64,000 nucleotides of DNA from a candidate division FCPU426 bacterium (GCA_963738405.1 CAVTWJ010000023.1:128001-192000), one strand, 5' to 3'; positions 27,043 to 34,918 are shown, numbered from the stretch's first letter. The notes: generated by a model from the sequence alone, not told the origin. Numbers and translations are program-made.

Positions 27043-27399
27043 CTAATTCCAATTAGATTTTTTTCGTTTCATGTCAAATAATAACCTTAAAAATAATTTA
27101 CCTATTTTTGATAAAACAAAAATTGCCACAATACTAACAAAAACACTAATTATTCTAATTGTCCATACAATGCTTTCTGGAATAACACCCGCAAAAGATT
27201 GGCGGTGAGTTATCACGAAAACTGTGAAAAACCCGTCGAATAAATAAAAAATGGCGAAAGCGCAGACCAAAAAAAAGATGAGCAAAGCATCAGACCATTT
27301 TTTACGAAATTTATTTACTGGATCATCGTCAAAAGTATCAGGCATCTTTAATCCTAAGTTTTGTTTCTCTCTCAATTTATCTTCATTTTCTTTGTCCAC
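27043..27399 (-). CDS. Small two-TM membrane protein (cassette)
   Basis: AT-rich; stop codon 1 bp from site 4; GTG start inside site 5, or ATG at 27345. Confidence 0.7.
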   Translation of the reverse strand: MDKENEDKLREKQNLGLKMPDTFDDDPVNKFRKKWSDALLIFFLVCAFAIFYLFDGFFTVFVITHRQSFAGVIPESIVWTIRIISVFVSIVAIFVLSKIGKLFLRLLFDMKRKKSNWN

Positions 27400-27420
27400 G
27401 AAGGGTCCCCGTCGCGGACA
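27393..27420. repeat. Family B palindrome 5
   Basis: TGTCCACGAAGGGTCCCCGTCGCGGACA. Confidence 0.93.
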
Positions 27421-27423
27421 ACA

Positions 27424-27792
27424 TTAAATCCAATTTACTTTATTTGGGCCCTCAGGTTTAGGCGGATTCTTTTTCCGCAATTCATCCTGCTTTTTGACGA
27501 TTTTAATAACCCAATAAAACCAATTTATTAAAAATAGTGCTAACCAAAAAAGCCTCAAATTAGACACAGCATCTTGGGTATCCTGTTTTAATATCGAATG
27601 AACACAAAAGCTGGAAAGCGGGAAAAAGATAAACATTATTCCTGTCAAGGTGAACAAACCGCCAAATGCCCAAACCGCGCCTTCGTATTTCGATAAATTA
27701 GAAAATGCAAATTTAAAATATATCGTTGCTAATCCCGAAAGAAGAACCCCGCCTGATAATCCCCAAAATATAAATTCACCCATTCTTTTCAT
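27424..27792 (-). CDS. Small three-TM membrane protein (cassette)
   Basis: AT-rich; stop codon 3 bp from site 5 and start 20 bp from site 6. Confidence 0.72.
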   Translation of the reverse strand: MKRMGEFIFWGLSGGVLLSGLATIYFKFAFSNLSKYEGAVWAFGGLFTLTGIMFIFFPLSSFCVHSILKQDTQDAVSNLRLFWLALFLINWFYWVIKIVKKQDELRKKNPPKPEGPNKVNWI

Positions 27793-27812
27793 CCTTCAAA
27801 CCCATAATTTGT

Positions 27813-27840
27813 TGTCCACGAAGGGTCCCTGTCGTGAACA
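27813..27840. repeat. Family B palindrome 6
   Basis: TGTCCACGAAGGGTCCCTGTCGTGAACA. Confidence 0.92.
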
Positions 27841-27866
27841 ACATTTCCCGACCAACTCTTTAACTT

Positions 27867-28265
27867 TTATGGCAAACAATGAAATCCATGTTCTCCAAAA
27901 TGCTTGTCAAAGGTGTGAACGTTCTTGACCCCGTTTCGCCGCATAACTTCAAAGCTGACGCAATCCACGAGGCTCAAATTCCTTCGTTTGGCGGTCAGAA
28001 CGGCGGCAAGTCCCGCCTCATGGTAGTTCTCATCGACCCATTCCAATGATAGAAGCGGTACCACATCCCTTTGAAAATCGGCCACGGCTTCCAAACCCAA
28101 ACGGTTTTGGATTAGGGAGAACGTCTCTAAAAGGGTGTAATTAGTGGTCACCAAGGCGGCATCCGACTCCAGCAGGGATTTCCAAGCTTGATCGGCTTTT
28201 TCGTGGAAGCGGTCTTCTTTTGTCAAAAGTGCGATAAAAAAGGAAGTATCAATGAAAGAGGTCAC
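27867..28265 (-). CDS. vapC: VapC-family PIN toxin
   Basis: FIDTSFFIAL, D.FH, LSLVDCVSF, TFDKHF. Confidence 0.9.
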   Translation of the reverse strand: MTSFIDTSFFIALLTKEDRFHEKADQAWKSLLESDAALVTTNYTLLETFSLIQNRLGLEAVADFQRDVVPLLSLEWVDENYHEAGLAAVLTAKRRNLSLVDCVSFEVMRRNGVKNVHTFDKHFGEHGFHCLP

Positions 28266-28507
28266 TTGGCGTAGTCATCCGCCAGGTACTTGTCGTGATG
28301 GATGGAAAGATCGGTGTGCTTGGAATGAAATTTCCCGGAAATGGCGATGGCGCGTTTCCGCCGCTCCTCAGGGCTGATGATTCCATTCTTTAAAAATAAT
28401 TCAACCCCCTGCCGGATGGCCTCCGCCATGGATATATGACGTTCCTTGGCGATTTTTTTCAATGAAGTGGTTTGCTTTTGGGTTAATTGAATTTGGGTGC
28501 GAACCAC
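28262..28507 (-). CDS. CopG/RHH antitoxin (VapB-like)
   Basis: MVRTQIQL..SMAEAIRQGV..DLSIHHDKYL; 4-bp overlap with vapC. Confidence 0.88.
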   Translation of the reverse strand: MVRTQIQLTQKQTTSLKKIAKERHISMAEAIRQGVELFLKNGIISPEERRKRAIAISGKFHSKHTDLSIHHDKYLADDYAK

Positions 28508-28578
28508 GGACCCCTCCCGAGTGATAACACTTACAGCATTACGATAACACTAAAGACTAATCTTGAAGCGAGAAAATC

Positions 28579-28816
28579 GGGGCCACATTCTCATGCAGGC
28601 TTGGAAGGCGTTTTGGAACAGGGTGGAGAAAGAAGTTTCCGCGCCAACGGACGAGGAAGGCGCGACCGGTGTCTCGGGCGCAGCATTCGGGAGCACCACG
28701 CTTTCGACGGAGGCCGGTACGCTTTTGCGGCGCGGGGCCCTGCGGGGGGAAGCAGTTTTCCTGGTTCTTTTGACCGGCTTCGGCATGTGTATCTCCGTTG
28801 TTAATCTTTCTTTTTA
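28579..28816 (-). pseudogene. Truncated duplicate of the 5' end and upstream region of the 23781-24845 gene
   Basis: Colinear with 24638-24875 (offset 3941): MPKPVKRT..VESVVLPNAAPE..LFQNAFQACMRMWP, after which similarity stops. Confidence 0.85.
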
Positions 28817-28841
28817 TGGACAACCATTACTTAAATTTCAT

Positions 28842-28869
28842 TGTCCACGATGGATCCCAATCATGGACA
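28842..28869. repeat. Family B palindrome 7
   Basis: TGTCCACGATGGATCCCAATCATGGACA; an extra half-site TGGACA lies at about 28817. Confidence 0.85.
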
Positions 28870-28879
28870 AGGCTATCTT

Positions 28880-29290
28880 TCAAATCCAGGGATTGAAAAG
28901 CTTCAACCTTGAAAATGAAAAGTCATGGGTATTGCGGGTGACCAGGGTGAGATTGTGGGTAATTGCTGTTGCCGCGATAAACGCGTCCACCGTCGGCAAT
29001 GGGCGATTGGCCTGTGCTTCCAAAAGTCCCCAAGCTTCGGCTACCTTGATATCCACTGGCAATATTCTTTCTTCAAATTGAATTGGGACGTCTTTCTCAA
29101 GGAATTGAATAAGCTTGGTTTTCCGGGAACCATGTTCCATTTTCTCAATTCCTTTTCGGATTTCCCCCACGGTCAAAACGCTCAAATAAAGCGATCCTTG
29201 GTCCGCATCCTTCAGCCAACTTGACACCTTGGGTTCCGGATGTTTCTTGAAGAGTTCGGAAAGGACGTTGGTGTCCAAAAGGTATTTCAA
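28880..29290 (-). CDS. vapC: VapC-family PIN toxin
   Basis: YLLDTNVLSE, DAFIAATA, LVTRNTHDF. Confidence 0.92.
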   Translation of the reverse strand: MKYLLDTNVLSELFKKHPEPKVSSWLKDADQGSLYLSVLTVGEIRKGIEKMEHGSRKTKLIQFLEKDVPIQFEERILPVDIKVAEAWGLLEAQANRPLPTVDAFIAATAITHNLTLVTRNTHDFSFSRLKLFNPWI

Positions 29291-29535
29291 AACTTCACCT
29301 TTCGCGAGACGGATTTATTCCTTTGAAAATTCAAATCCAATCCGCGAAAAGGAGAATGCCTAAAAAACTCAACTAGGTTGGGTTTGGTTTTTCTCAGGCG
29401 CTCGTAGTCCTTTTTGGAAATCACAACGGCCTCTTCACGACCGTGTAATGTGATGGACTGCGGACCATTGTTTTTCACTGTTCGAATCAGTTCGCTGAAC
29501 CTGGCCTTGGCGGTTTGCAGTTGCCACGAAGTCAT
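29287..29535 (-). CDS. Phd/YefM-family antitoxin
   Basis: WQLQTAKARFSELI..GPQSITLHG..AVVIS. Confidence 0.92.
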   Translation of the reverse strand: MTSWQLQTAKARFSELIRTVKNNGPQSITLHGREEAVVISKKDYERLRKTKPNLVEFFRHSPFRGLDLNFQRNKSVSRKVKF

Positions 29536-29575
29536 CGGTTGCCCCCGTTGAAATATTTATGACTATTCTGACTAG

Positions 29576-29604
29576 ATTCTATATAGGACGAAACGCTTTG
29601 TCAA
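29576..29604 (-). promoter_or_regulatory. Sigma70 promoter of the Phd-VapC cassette
   Basis: TTGACA-17-TAGAAT on the minus strand, 8 bp inside site 8; a tandem GACTA(G)TTCT-like repeat just downstream may be the operator. Confidence 0.75.
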
Positions 29605-29612
29605 TTTTCCAT

Positions 29613-29641
29613 TGTCCGCGCCGGGGACCCCCTCGCGGACA
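29613..29641. repeat. Family B palindrome 8 (inverted core, 29 bp)
   Basis: TGTCCGCGCCGGGGACCCCCTCGCGGACA. Confidence 0.8.
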
Positions 29642-29864
29642 ACAGATCCCGACCCACTCTTTAACTTTTATGGCAAACAATGAAATCCATGTTCTCCAAA
29701 ATGCTTGTCAAAGGTGTGGACGTTCTTGACCCCGTTTCGCCTCATCACCTCAAAGTTGACGCAATTCACGAGGCTTAAATTCCTTCGTTTGGCGGTCAGA
29801 ACGGCGGCAAGTCCCGCCTCATGGTAGTTCTCATCGACCCATTCCAATGATAGAAGCGGCACCA
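29642..29864 (-). pseudogene. 3' fragment duplicate of vapC (27867-28265)
   Basis: Colinear with 27841-28063 (offset 1801). It lacks the N-terminal half, and LVDCVS has become LVNCVN. Confidence 0.88.
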
Positions 29865-29890
29865 GTGGTTAATTGGTTTTGATATAGATT

Positions 29891-30391
29891 TTAGCGGTAA
29901 TTATTGAACTGGAGGGGAACCTTGATCTCCTGGGCGCTCCGAAGCAACTGCATCACCCCTTGAAGATCGTCCTTGTCCTTACCTGAAACCCTTACCTTCT
30001 CATCCACGATGGATACCTGCACCTTGAGCTTAGAATCCTTGACCCGCTTCACGATATCCTTGCAGGCCTCCATGGGCATTCCGCTGACGATCTTGACCTT
30101 CTGGTTAACCGTGCCGCTGAAGGCCGATTCGGCCTTTTGGTAATCCATGGCCTTGGGGGAGATGTTGCGCTTGATGAGTTTGCCGTTTAATACGTCCACC
30201 ACCGCTTTGAGGCGGGAATCATTATCAGAAACGATTTCCAATTCTTTGGTGGCCTTGTTGAGGGTGATCTTGCTGATGCTTCCCTTGAAATCGTAGCGCT
30301 GGGTAATTTCTTTCATCGCTTGGTTGACGGCGTTGTCCACTTCCTGCAGGTCCACCTCGGAAACCACGTCAAAGGAGTATTGATCAGCCAT
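29891..30391 (-). CDS. yajQ: YajQ family cyclic di-GMP/nucleotide-binding protein
   Basis: SFDVVSEVDLQEVDNAVNQ, RYDFKGS, PLQFNNYR. Confidence 0.96.
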   Translation of the reverse strand: MADQYSFDVVSEVDLQEVDNAVNQAMKEITQRYDFKGSISKITLNKATKELEIVSDNDSRLKAVVDVLNGKLIKRNISPKAMDYQKAESAFSGTVNQKVKIVSGMPMEACKDIVKRVKDSKLKVQVSIVDEKVRVSGKDKDDLQGVMQLLRSAQEIKVPLQFNNYR

Positions 30392-30425
30392 AGGTCACCT
30401 CCCAAATTATTAAAAAAGCAAATTA

Positions 30426-30518
30426 ACCACCAAGGCACAAAGACACCAAGTTAAACCTGGGATTTTAAACCCTAATCATTAATCTTTGTCTTTCTTGGTG
30501 ACTTGGTGTCTTGGTGGT
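30426..30518. repeat. Family A element, copy 5
   Basis: ACCACCAAGGCACAAAGACACCAAG ... CTTGGTGACTTGGTGTCTTGGTGGT. Confidence 0.92.
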
Positions 30519-30551
30519 GAAAAAGGTTTTTATCCTTGCGCCCCCGGTTTT

Positions 30552-31487
30552 TCAGTCACCGTCGCTGACATCCTTATCCGCTGAGGTTTGGGCTCCCTGG
30601 GGAAGGGTGATCTCCACAACCTGTCCGGTAACGCCCAAAACGCCCAGGGGCTTGCCGTTGAGCTGGATATCCACGCCCCCGGCATTTCCGATGCGAAGCT
30701 TGAAATATTTTGTGGCCTGGAAAACCCTGGTATCTCCCTGGGCCATATCCAAGGCTTGGCTGGTTGTGCTGTCATCCAAGGTGACCAAGACCCAAGCCTT
30801 GTCCAAAGCCTTGATGGTTAGGTGTTGGTAAGGATCTTTCGTTTTGGAAGCATCGTTCGGGGATTCCGCCTCGGCTAGCTCAGAGGCCGCCGACTGGACC
30901 AGCGGGGACGCGTTGGGGGTATCGGAAGTCGACGCGCTTTTGAAAACAGGCCAATGAAACTTGGCGAAGAGAGATTGTCCCTTTTCCCATCCCAGCCAGC
31001 AGACTCCAAAAAAACAAAGAACCAAAACGACCTGGCCCACAAAGGAATAAAAGGATCTCCACTTAACCCTCCGTCGCCCGGTTCCGGACCGGGATGGCAT
31101 GGGCTCGTGCAGTTCGGGTAAATCCTCCCCAAGTTCCACATCGGCATTTGCTTGAACCGCGTCCAACCGCTGAATGACCGCGGGCCGGGGGCCCAAAAAG
31201 GGGTTCCGTTTTTCCATCTCGGCTTCGGCGTTCATGGGCTCGATCTTGACCTGCACCTCGGGCACTTGGGCCTTGAATTCCTGGGTCATCTTCTTTTCGT
31301 CCAGCCCCACCACTTTGCAATAGGCCCTAATAAAACCTTTGGCGTAGGTTTGGGAAGGAAAAACCTCGTAATGGTCTTCTTCCAAAGATTCCAGGTACTT
31401 CACGGGAATGCGGGTTTTTTGGGAAATGGTTTCCAGCGAAATCTTTTTGGATTCCCTGGCCGACTTCAGGTCTGATCCGACGCTCAT
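30552..31487 (-). CDS. rodZ: RodZ-like protein (HTH_25 + TM + DUF4115)
   Basis: LKSARE..YAKGFIRAY; C-terminal IGNAGGV. Confidence 0.88.
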   Translation of the reverse strand: MSVGSDLKSARESKKISLETISQKTRIPVKYLESLEEDHYEVFPSQTYAKGFIRAYCKVVGLDEKKMTQEFKAQVPEVQVKIEPMNAEAEMEKRNPFLGPRPAVIQRLDAVQANADVELGEDLPELHEPMPSRSGTGRRRVKWRSFYSFVGQVVLVLCFFGVCWLGWEKGQSLFAKFHWPVFKSASTSDTPNASPLVQSAASELAEAESPNDASKTKDPYQHLTIKALDKAWVLVTLDDSTTSQALDMAQGDTRVFQATKYFKLRIGNAGGVDIQLNGKPLGVLGVTGQVVEITLPQGAQTSADKDVSDGD

Positions 31488-32218
31488 TGGAAAATGTCTC
31501 CTTCTACAACCTGCGCGGTTTTGGGGGGTGTGAATTCAAAAATTTCATCCTTGAGGCCTTTATTCAGGGTGAGCTGGGAAAACCTTGCCTTGTTGATCAT
31601 GGCGGGGGTTGTGATTTCAACCTGGGAGGGCCACCAGTCTTTTTTTCGAATCGTAACCTTCATATGGTCAAAGCCGGACTGGTCTTTATCGAGAGGTGTG
31701 AAATCCAGCACCACTTCGTCACCGTTTTCCGAGGCGATCTTGACCTTGCTGATTGTGATGTATTGTTTGAGCTGTTGGCCGACTCCCAGATAAACGGGCT
31801 TGGCATCCTTGCCCTTGACCCCCTTTTGGACATAGACCATCTTTTCAGAGGGCTGGTACATCTGGGAACCTTTGGCCCCAACGTAAAGAAATTGTTCTTC
31901 CGGCTTGGTGTAGTGGACAAAAATCTTGTCCGGGGACTTGGTAAAGACCTTGCCTTCGTAATTCTGGGTTTGGCCCGAGAGGGAGTCTTTCATTTCCATC
32001 CGCAGGTCCATCTGGGAATCCAGGGCCGCCAATTGGGCCGCCTCCACCAGGTCCGAAATATCCCCTACGGTGAGGGGCTTTTTATCTTCCGCTTGGGCCG
32101 AACCCAGGAAACCCAATAGGATTCCGGATAGAAGAAAAATAATCCCCAAAGGGCGGGCGGCAGTCCAAAACCTTTTATTCGGGTTCATATCAATCCAGCT
32201 TTTCATTGATTTCCTCAT
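31484..32218 (-). CDS. lolA: LolA-family outer-membrane lipoprotein carrier
   Basis: Signal peptide, beta-rich fold and C-terminal FEFTPP; lies between ftsK and rodZ. Confidence 0.75.
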   Translation of the reverse strand: MRKSMKSWIDMNPNKRFWTAARPLGIIFLLSGILLGFLGSAQAEDKKPLTVGDISDLVEAAQLAALDSQMDLRMEMKDSLSGQTQNYEGKVFTKSPDKIFVHYTKPEEQFLYVGAKGSQMYQPSEKMVYVQKGVKGKDAKPVYLGVGQQLKQYITISKVKIASENGDEVVLDFTPLDKDQSGFDHMKVTIRKKDWWPSQVEITTPAMINKARFSQLTLNKGLKDEIFEFTPPKTAQVVEGDIFQ

Positions 32219-34595
32219 CTTCCGTCATCGGCCCTTCGTTTCCATTCATCGTTTGGACGAGGATCTTTCGGGGTTTGTTTCCATCGGCGGGGCCCACGAT
32301 GCCCCTCACCTGCATGTCATCCAAAAGCCGGGCCGCGCGCCCGTAGCCTATTTTAAGCCGTCTTTGAAGCAGGGAGGTGGAGGCCTGCTTGGCCCTCATG
32401 ACAATTTCCACCGCGTCGTCGTACAGCTCGTCCTCGCTGTCCTCGGTCACCAGATCCTTGTTCTTGGCGGGGCTTAAATCGGCCGAAAACAGGGGACCCC
32501 CTTGGGAAGTCCAGAAATCCACCAAACGCTCAATTTCCTCCATCGTAACGAAGGCACCCTGGAGCCGCAAGGGTTTGGGGGCGCCGGAAGCCAGGTAGAG
32601 CATATCCCCGCGGCCCAAAAGCGCCTCGGCACCGTTCATGTCGAGGATGGTGCGGGAATCGGTCTTGGAAAAAACCTGGAAGGCGATGCGGGAAGGGAAA
32701 TTGGCCTTGATGATGCCCGTGATCACTTCAACGGAAGGACGCTGGGTTGCCAGCACCAAGTGGATGCCGACCGCCCGGGCCATCTGAGCCAGGCGGGTGA
32801 TGGAATCTTCCACCTGGTCCTTCGCGGTCATCATCAGGTCCGCCAGCTCGTCCACCAGCACCACGATGTAATACATCGGAAGCTTGTCCTTTTCCCCCGC
32901 TTCCCGCTTTGCCGCCATCTTCTGGTTGAAGGTGTCGATGTCGCGGGCGCCCACGTGGGCCAGCTGTTGGTAGCGGTCTTCCATTTCCCTCACCAGCCAC
33001 TTGAGAGCCAAATGGGCTTCCTTGGGATCATTCACCACCGGCAGGGCCAGGTGGGGCAGGCCCTTGTAGATGGTCATCTCGACCCTCTTGGGGTCGACCA
33101 ACACCATGCGCAATTCTTCCGGGGTGTACTTGAAGATCAAACTGGCGATGAAGGTATTGACGCACACGCTCTTGCCCGAACCGGTCGACCCCGCTACCAG
33201 TACGTGGGGCATTTCCTTGATGCTGGCGAAGATGCCGTCCCCGGCGATGTCCTTGCCCAGTGCCACCAAGAGTTTCTTGCCGGACGAGATGAATTTGTCC
33301 TCGGCCATAAGTTCCTTCAGGGTCACGATCCGCCCGCTGGCGTTGGGCACCTCCACTCCCACGGTCGCCTTGCCGGGGATGGGCGCGACAATGCGCAGGT
33401 GGCCGCATTTCAAAGACAGGGCCAGATCGTCGGACAGGGAGACGATACTGGTGATCTTCACCCCGGCGGCGGGCTGGAGTTCGTATTGGGTCACGGTAGG
33501 CCCGGGATTGACCCCCACCACCTTGGCTTCCACCCCGAAATTGGCCAGGGTTTGCATGAGGGTGCGGCTGACGGCCTCATAATCATCGACCACCTTTTCC
33601 CTGGAGTCCTCGAGGGTCTTGAGGATATGCACCGTCGGCAGCTGCCATTGGCGGATGATCCGCTTGGGGGTTTCTTCTTCTGGTTCTTCTTCCTCATCCG
33701 CCATCTCGATGCTGGCGGCTTCCATTTTTTGCTTGGTGGTCATGGAATTGCCGGTGGCACCCTTGGCCTCGGCGAGGGCCGCCGAAACCATATCCTCTTC
33801 TTCCGGGAGATCCGATGTTAAAGCGGGTTTTTCTTCGATTTCTTCGGCAACACCGGTGAAAAGAATGGGAGCGGGTTTGGAGGGCTGGGGTTTGACGACA
33901 GCTGTTGCCGGTCTTTCGGGGGCAGAGGCGTGTGTGTGGTTTTTCTGGAGCTTTTCACGGGCCGCTTCCGCCACCGACTTGGTTTCCTGGCGCGTTCGAT
34001 AATCCTGATAGGCTTTTTGCAGGCGTTCCTTAAGGATGGTCACCGCCTCAAACCCGTGTTCCTCAAGGAACTTGCCGCCCCTTTGGAACCCTTCCCCGAC
34101 TCTCTTGGCGGCTGTGACCAAGTGTTCCTCTTTTTCCAAAAACCAGGCCGAGAGGACCAAAGTCATCAAGCAAATCACCACGGTGCCAAACCGGGTGAGA
34201 ACCGATTCCATCCGGTCTCCCACTTGGATTCCCAGCAAACCCGACCATTCCACGCCTTCCCGCATTTGGGAGGGGGAAAACATCTGCACGCCGTGAAAAA
34301 AGACCCGCATCAGGACGCAGGTGGAGAGGATGCCCAGGAAGAGGCCCAACAACTTTAACCCAGGTTTGGTGAAGGGAGCGTCTTCATACCTGGAATAGGC
34401 GAACCGGAAAAGCACCAGGGGGAAAACCCAGGCGCAAAGCCCGAACCCCGCGTAGAGGAAATAAGCCACATAGGAGCCGGGCATTCCCAGCAGGTTGGGC
34501 TTGTCGGCGGTGGGTACCAGCGCCAAAAGCAGAAGAATCCCAAAACAAGCGACAAGAAAAACCACCAGGAAATGGTGGCGTTCGTTTTTGGCCAT
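32190..34595 (-). CDS. ftsK: DNA translocase FtsK
   Basis: 4TM N-terminus, GSTGSGKS, DELADLMM, ATQRPS and gamma domain LLQRRLKIGYGRAAR. Confidence 0.97.
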   Translation of the reverse strand: MAKNERHHFLVVFLVACFGILLLLALVPTADKPNLLGMPGSYVAYFLYAGFGLCAWVFPLVLFRFAYSRYEDAPFTKPGLKLLGLFLGILSTCVLMRVFFHGVQMFSPSQMREGVEWSGLLGIQVGDRMESVLTRFGTVVICLMTLVLSAWFLEKEEHLVTAAKRVGEGFQRGGKFLEEHGFEAVTILKERLQKAYQDYRTRQETKSVAEAAREKLQKNHTHASAPERPATAVVKPQPSKPAPILFTGVAEEIEEKPALTSDLPEEEDMVSAALAEAKGATGNSMTTKQKMEAASIEMADEEEEPEEETPKRIIRQWQLPTVHILKTLEDSREKVVDDYEAVSRTLMQTLANFGVEAKVVGVNPGPTVTQYELQPAAGVKITSIVSLSDDLALSLKCGHLRIVAPIPGKATVGVEVPNASGRIVTLKELMAEDKFISSGKKLLVALGKDIAGDGIFASIKEMPHVLVAGSTGSGKSVCVNTFIASLIFKYTPEELRMVLVDPKRVEMTIYKGLPHLALPVVNDPKEAHLALKWLVREMEDRYQQLAHVGARDIDTFNQKMAAKREAGEKDKLPMYYIVVLVDELADLMMTAKDQVEDSITRLAQMARAVGIHLVLATQRPSVEVITGIIKANFPSRIAFQVFSKTDSRTILDMNGAEALLGRGDMLYLASGAPKPLRLQGAFVTMEEIERLVDFWTSQGGPLFSADLSPAKNKDLVTEDSEDELYDDAVEIVMRAKQASTSLLQRRLKIGYGRAARLLDDMQVRGIVGPADGNKPRKILVQTMNGNEGPMTEDEEINEKLD

Positions 34596-34749
34596 CAGGT
34601 CCTCAAGGGGGGTGTGGAATCACCCCAAAAATTTAGTGTTTGCCGGGGATAGAAGAAAAAACACATGCTGGAAATAAAGTATAACTGAGGCTTAAGGACC
34701 TTTTGAAGCAAATACTTGGTTTAATGGTTCTTTCCAAACAAAAATTTTC

Positions 34750-34918
34750 ACCACCAAGACACATGCCGACCTTCCATTAAGACTTTTGAAGAGGTCGGTA
34801 TAGTCCTGGATCCCTTAGCCCAAACGGCTAAGGAGGACAAAGACACCAAGAAAACCCAAAGGTATTAAATCTAAAATCTCTGCGCTGTTCTTACTTGGTG
34901 ACTTGGTGCCTTGGTGGT
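34750..34918. repeat. Family A element, copy 6, with nested hairpins
   Basis: ACCACCAAGACAC[about 75-bp insert]AAAGACACCAAG ... CTTGGTGACTTGGTGCCTTGGTGGT. Confidence 0.85.

Larger units (their letters stand above)
24882..29641. mobile_element. Putative gene-cassette array delimited by eight 28-bp palindromes (family B)
   Basis: Sites start at 24882, 25718, 26552, 27014, 27393, 27813, 28842 and 29613 (inverted). Each interval holds one ORF or one TA pair, all on the minus strand. Confidence 0.75.

Noticed and set aside
25718..28869. TTGTCCAC half-sites as DnaA boxes / oriC
   Set aside because: They mismatch at the last base, always occur as fixed inverted pairs between genes, and have no dnaA/dnaN or unwinding-element context.
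24882..29641. 28-bp palindromic repeats as a CRISPR array
   Set aside because: The intervals are 350-1000 bp and contain whole genes, and there are no cas genes.
24882..29641. Classical integron attC sites or the chromosomal dif site
   Set aside because: There are no RYYYAAC/GTTRRRY cores, the sites are too short for attC, and no intI is present. The arms do not match the XerD consensus TTATGTTAAAT.
32502..33821. Long antisense ORFs (439 aa here; also 3135-3989, 39106-39909, 55182-55940)
   Set aside because: They are shadow frames opposite well-conserved genes, with no recognisable motifs.
32190..34595. ftsK proximity as evidence for Xer action on the array
   Set aside because: ftsK-lolA-rodZ is an ordinary housekeeping cluster and FtsK acts in trans, so adjacency is uninformative.
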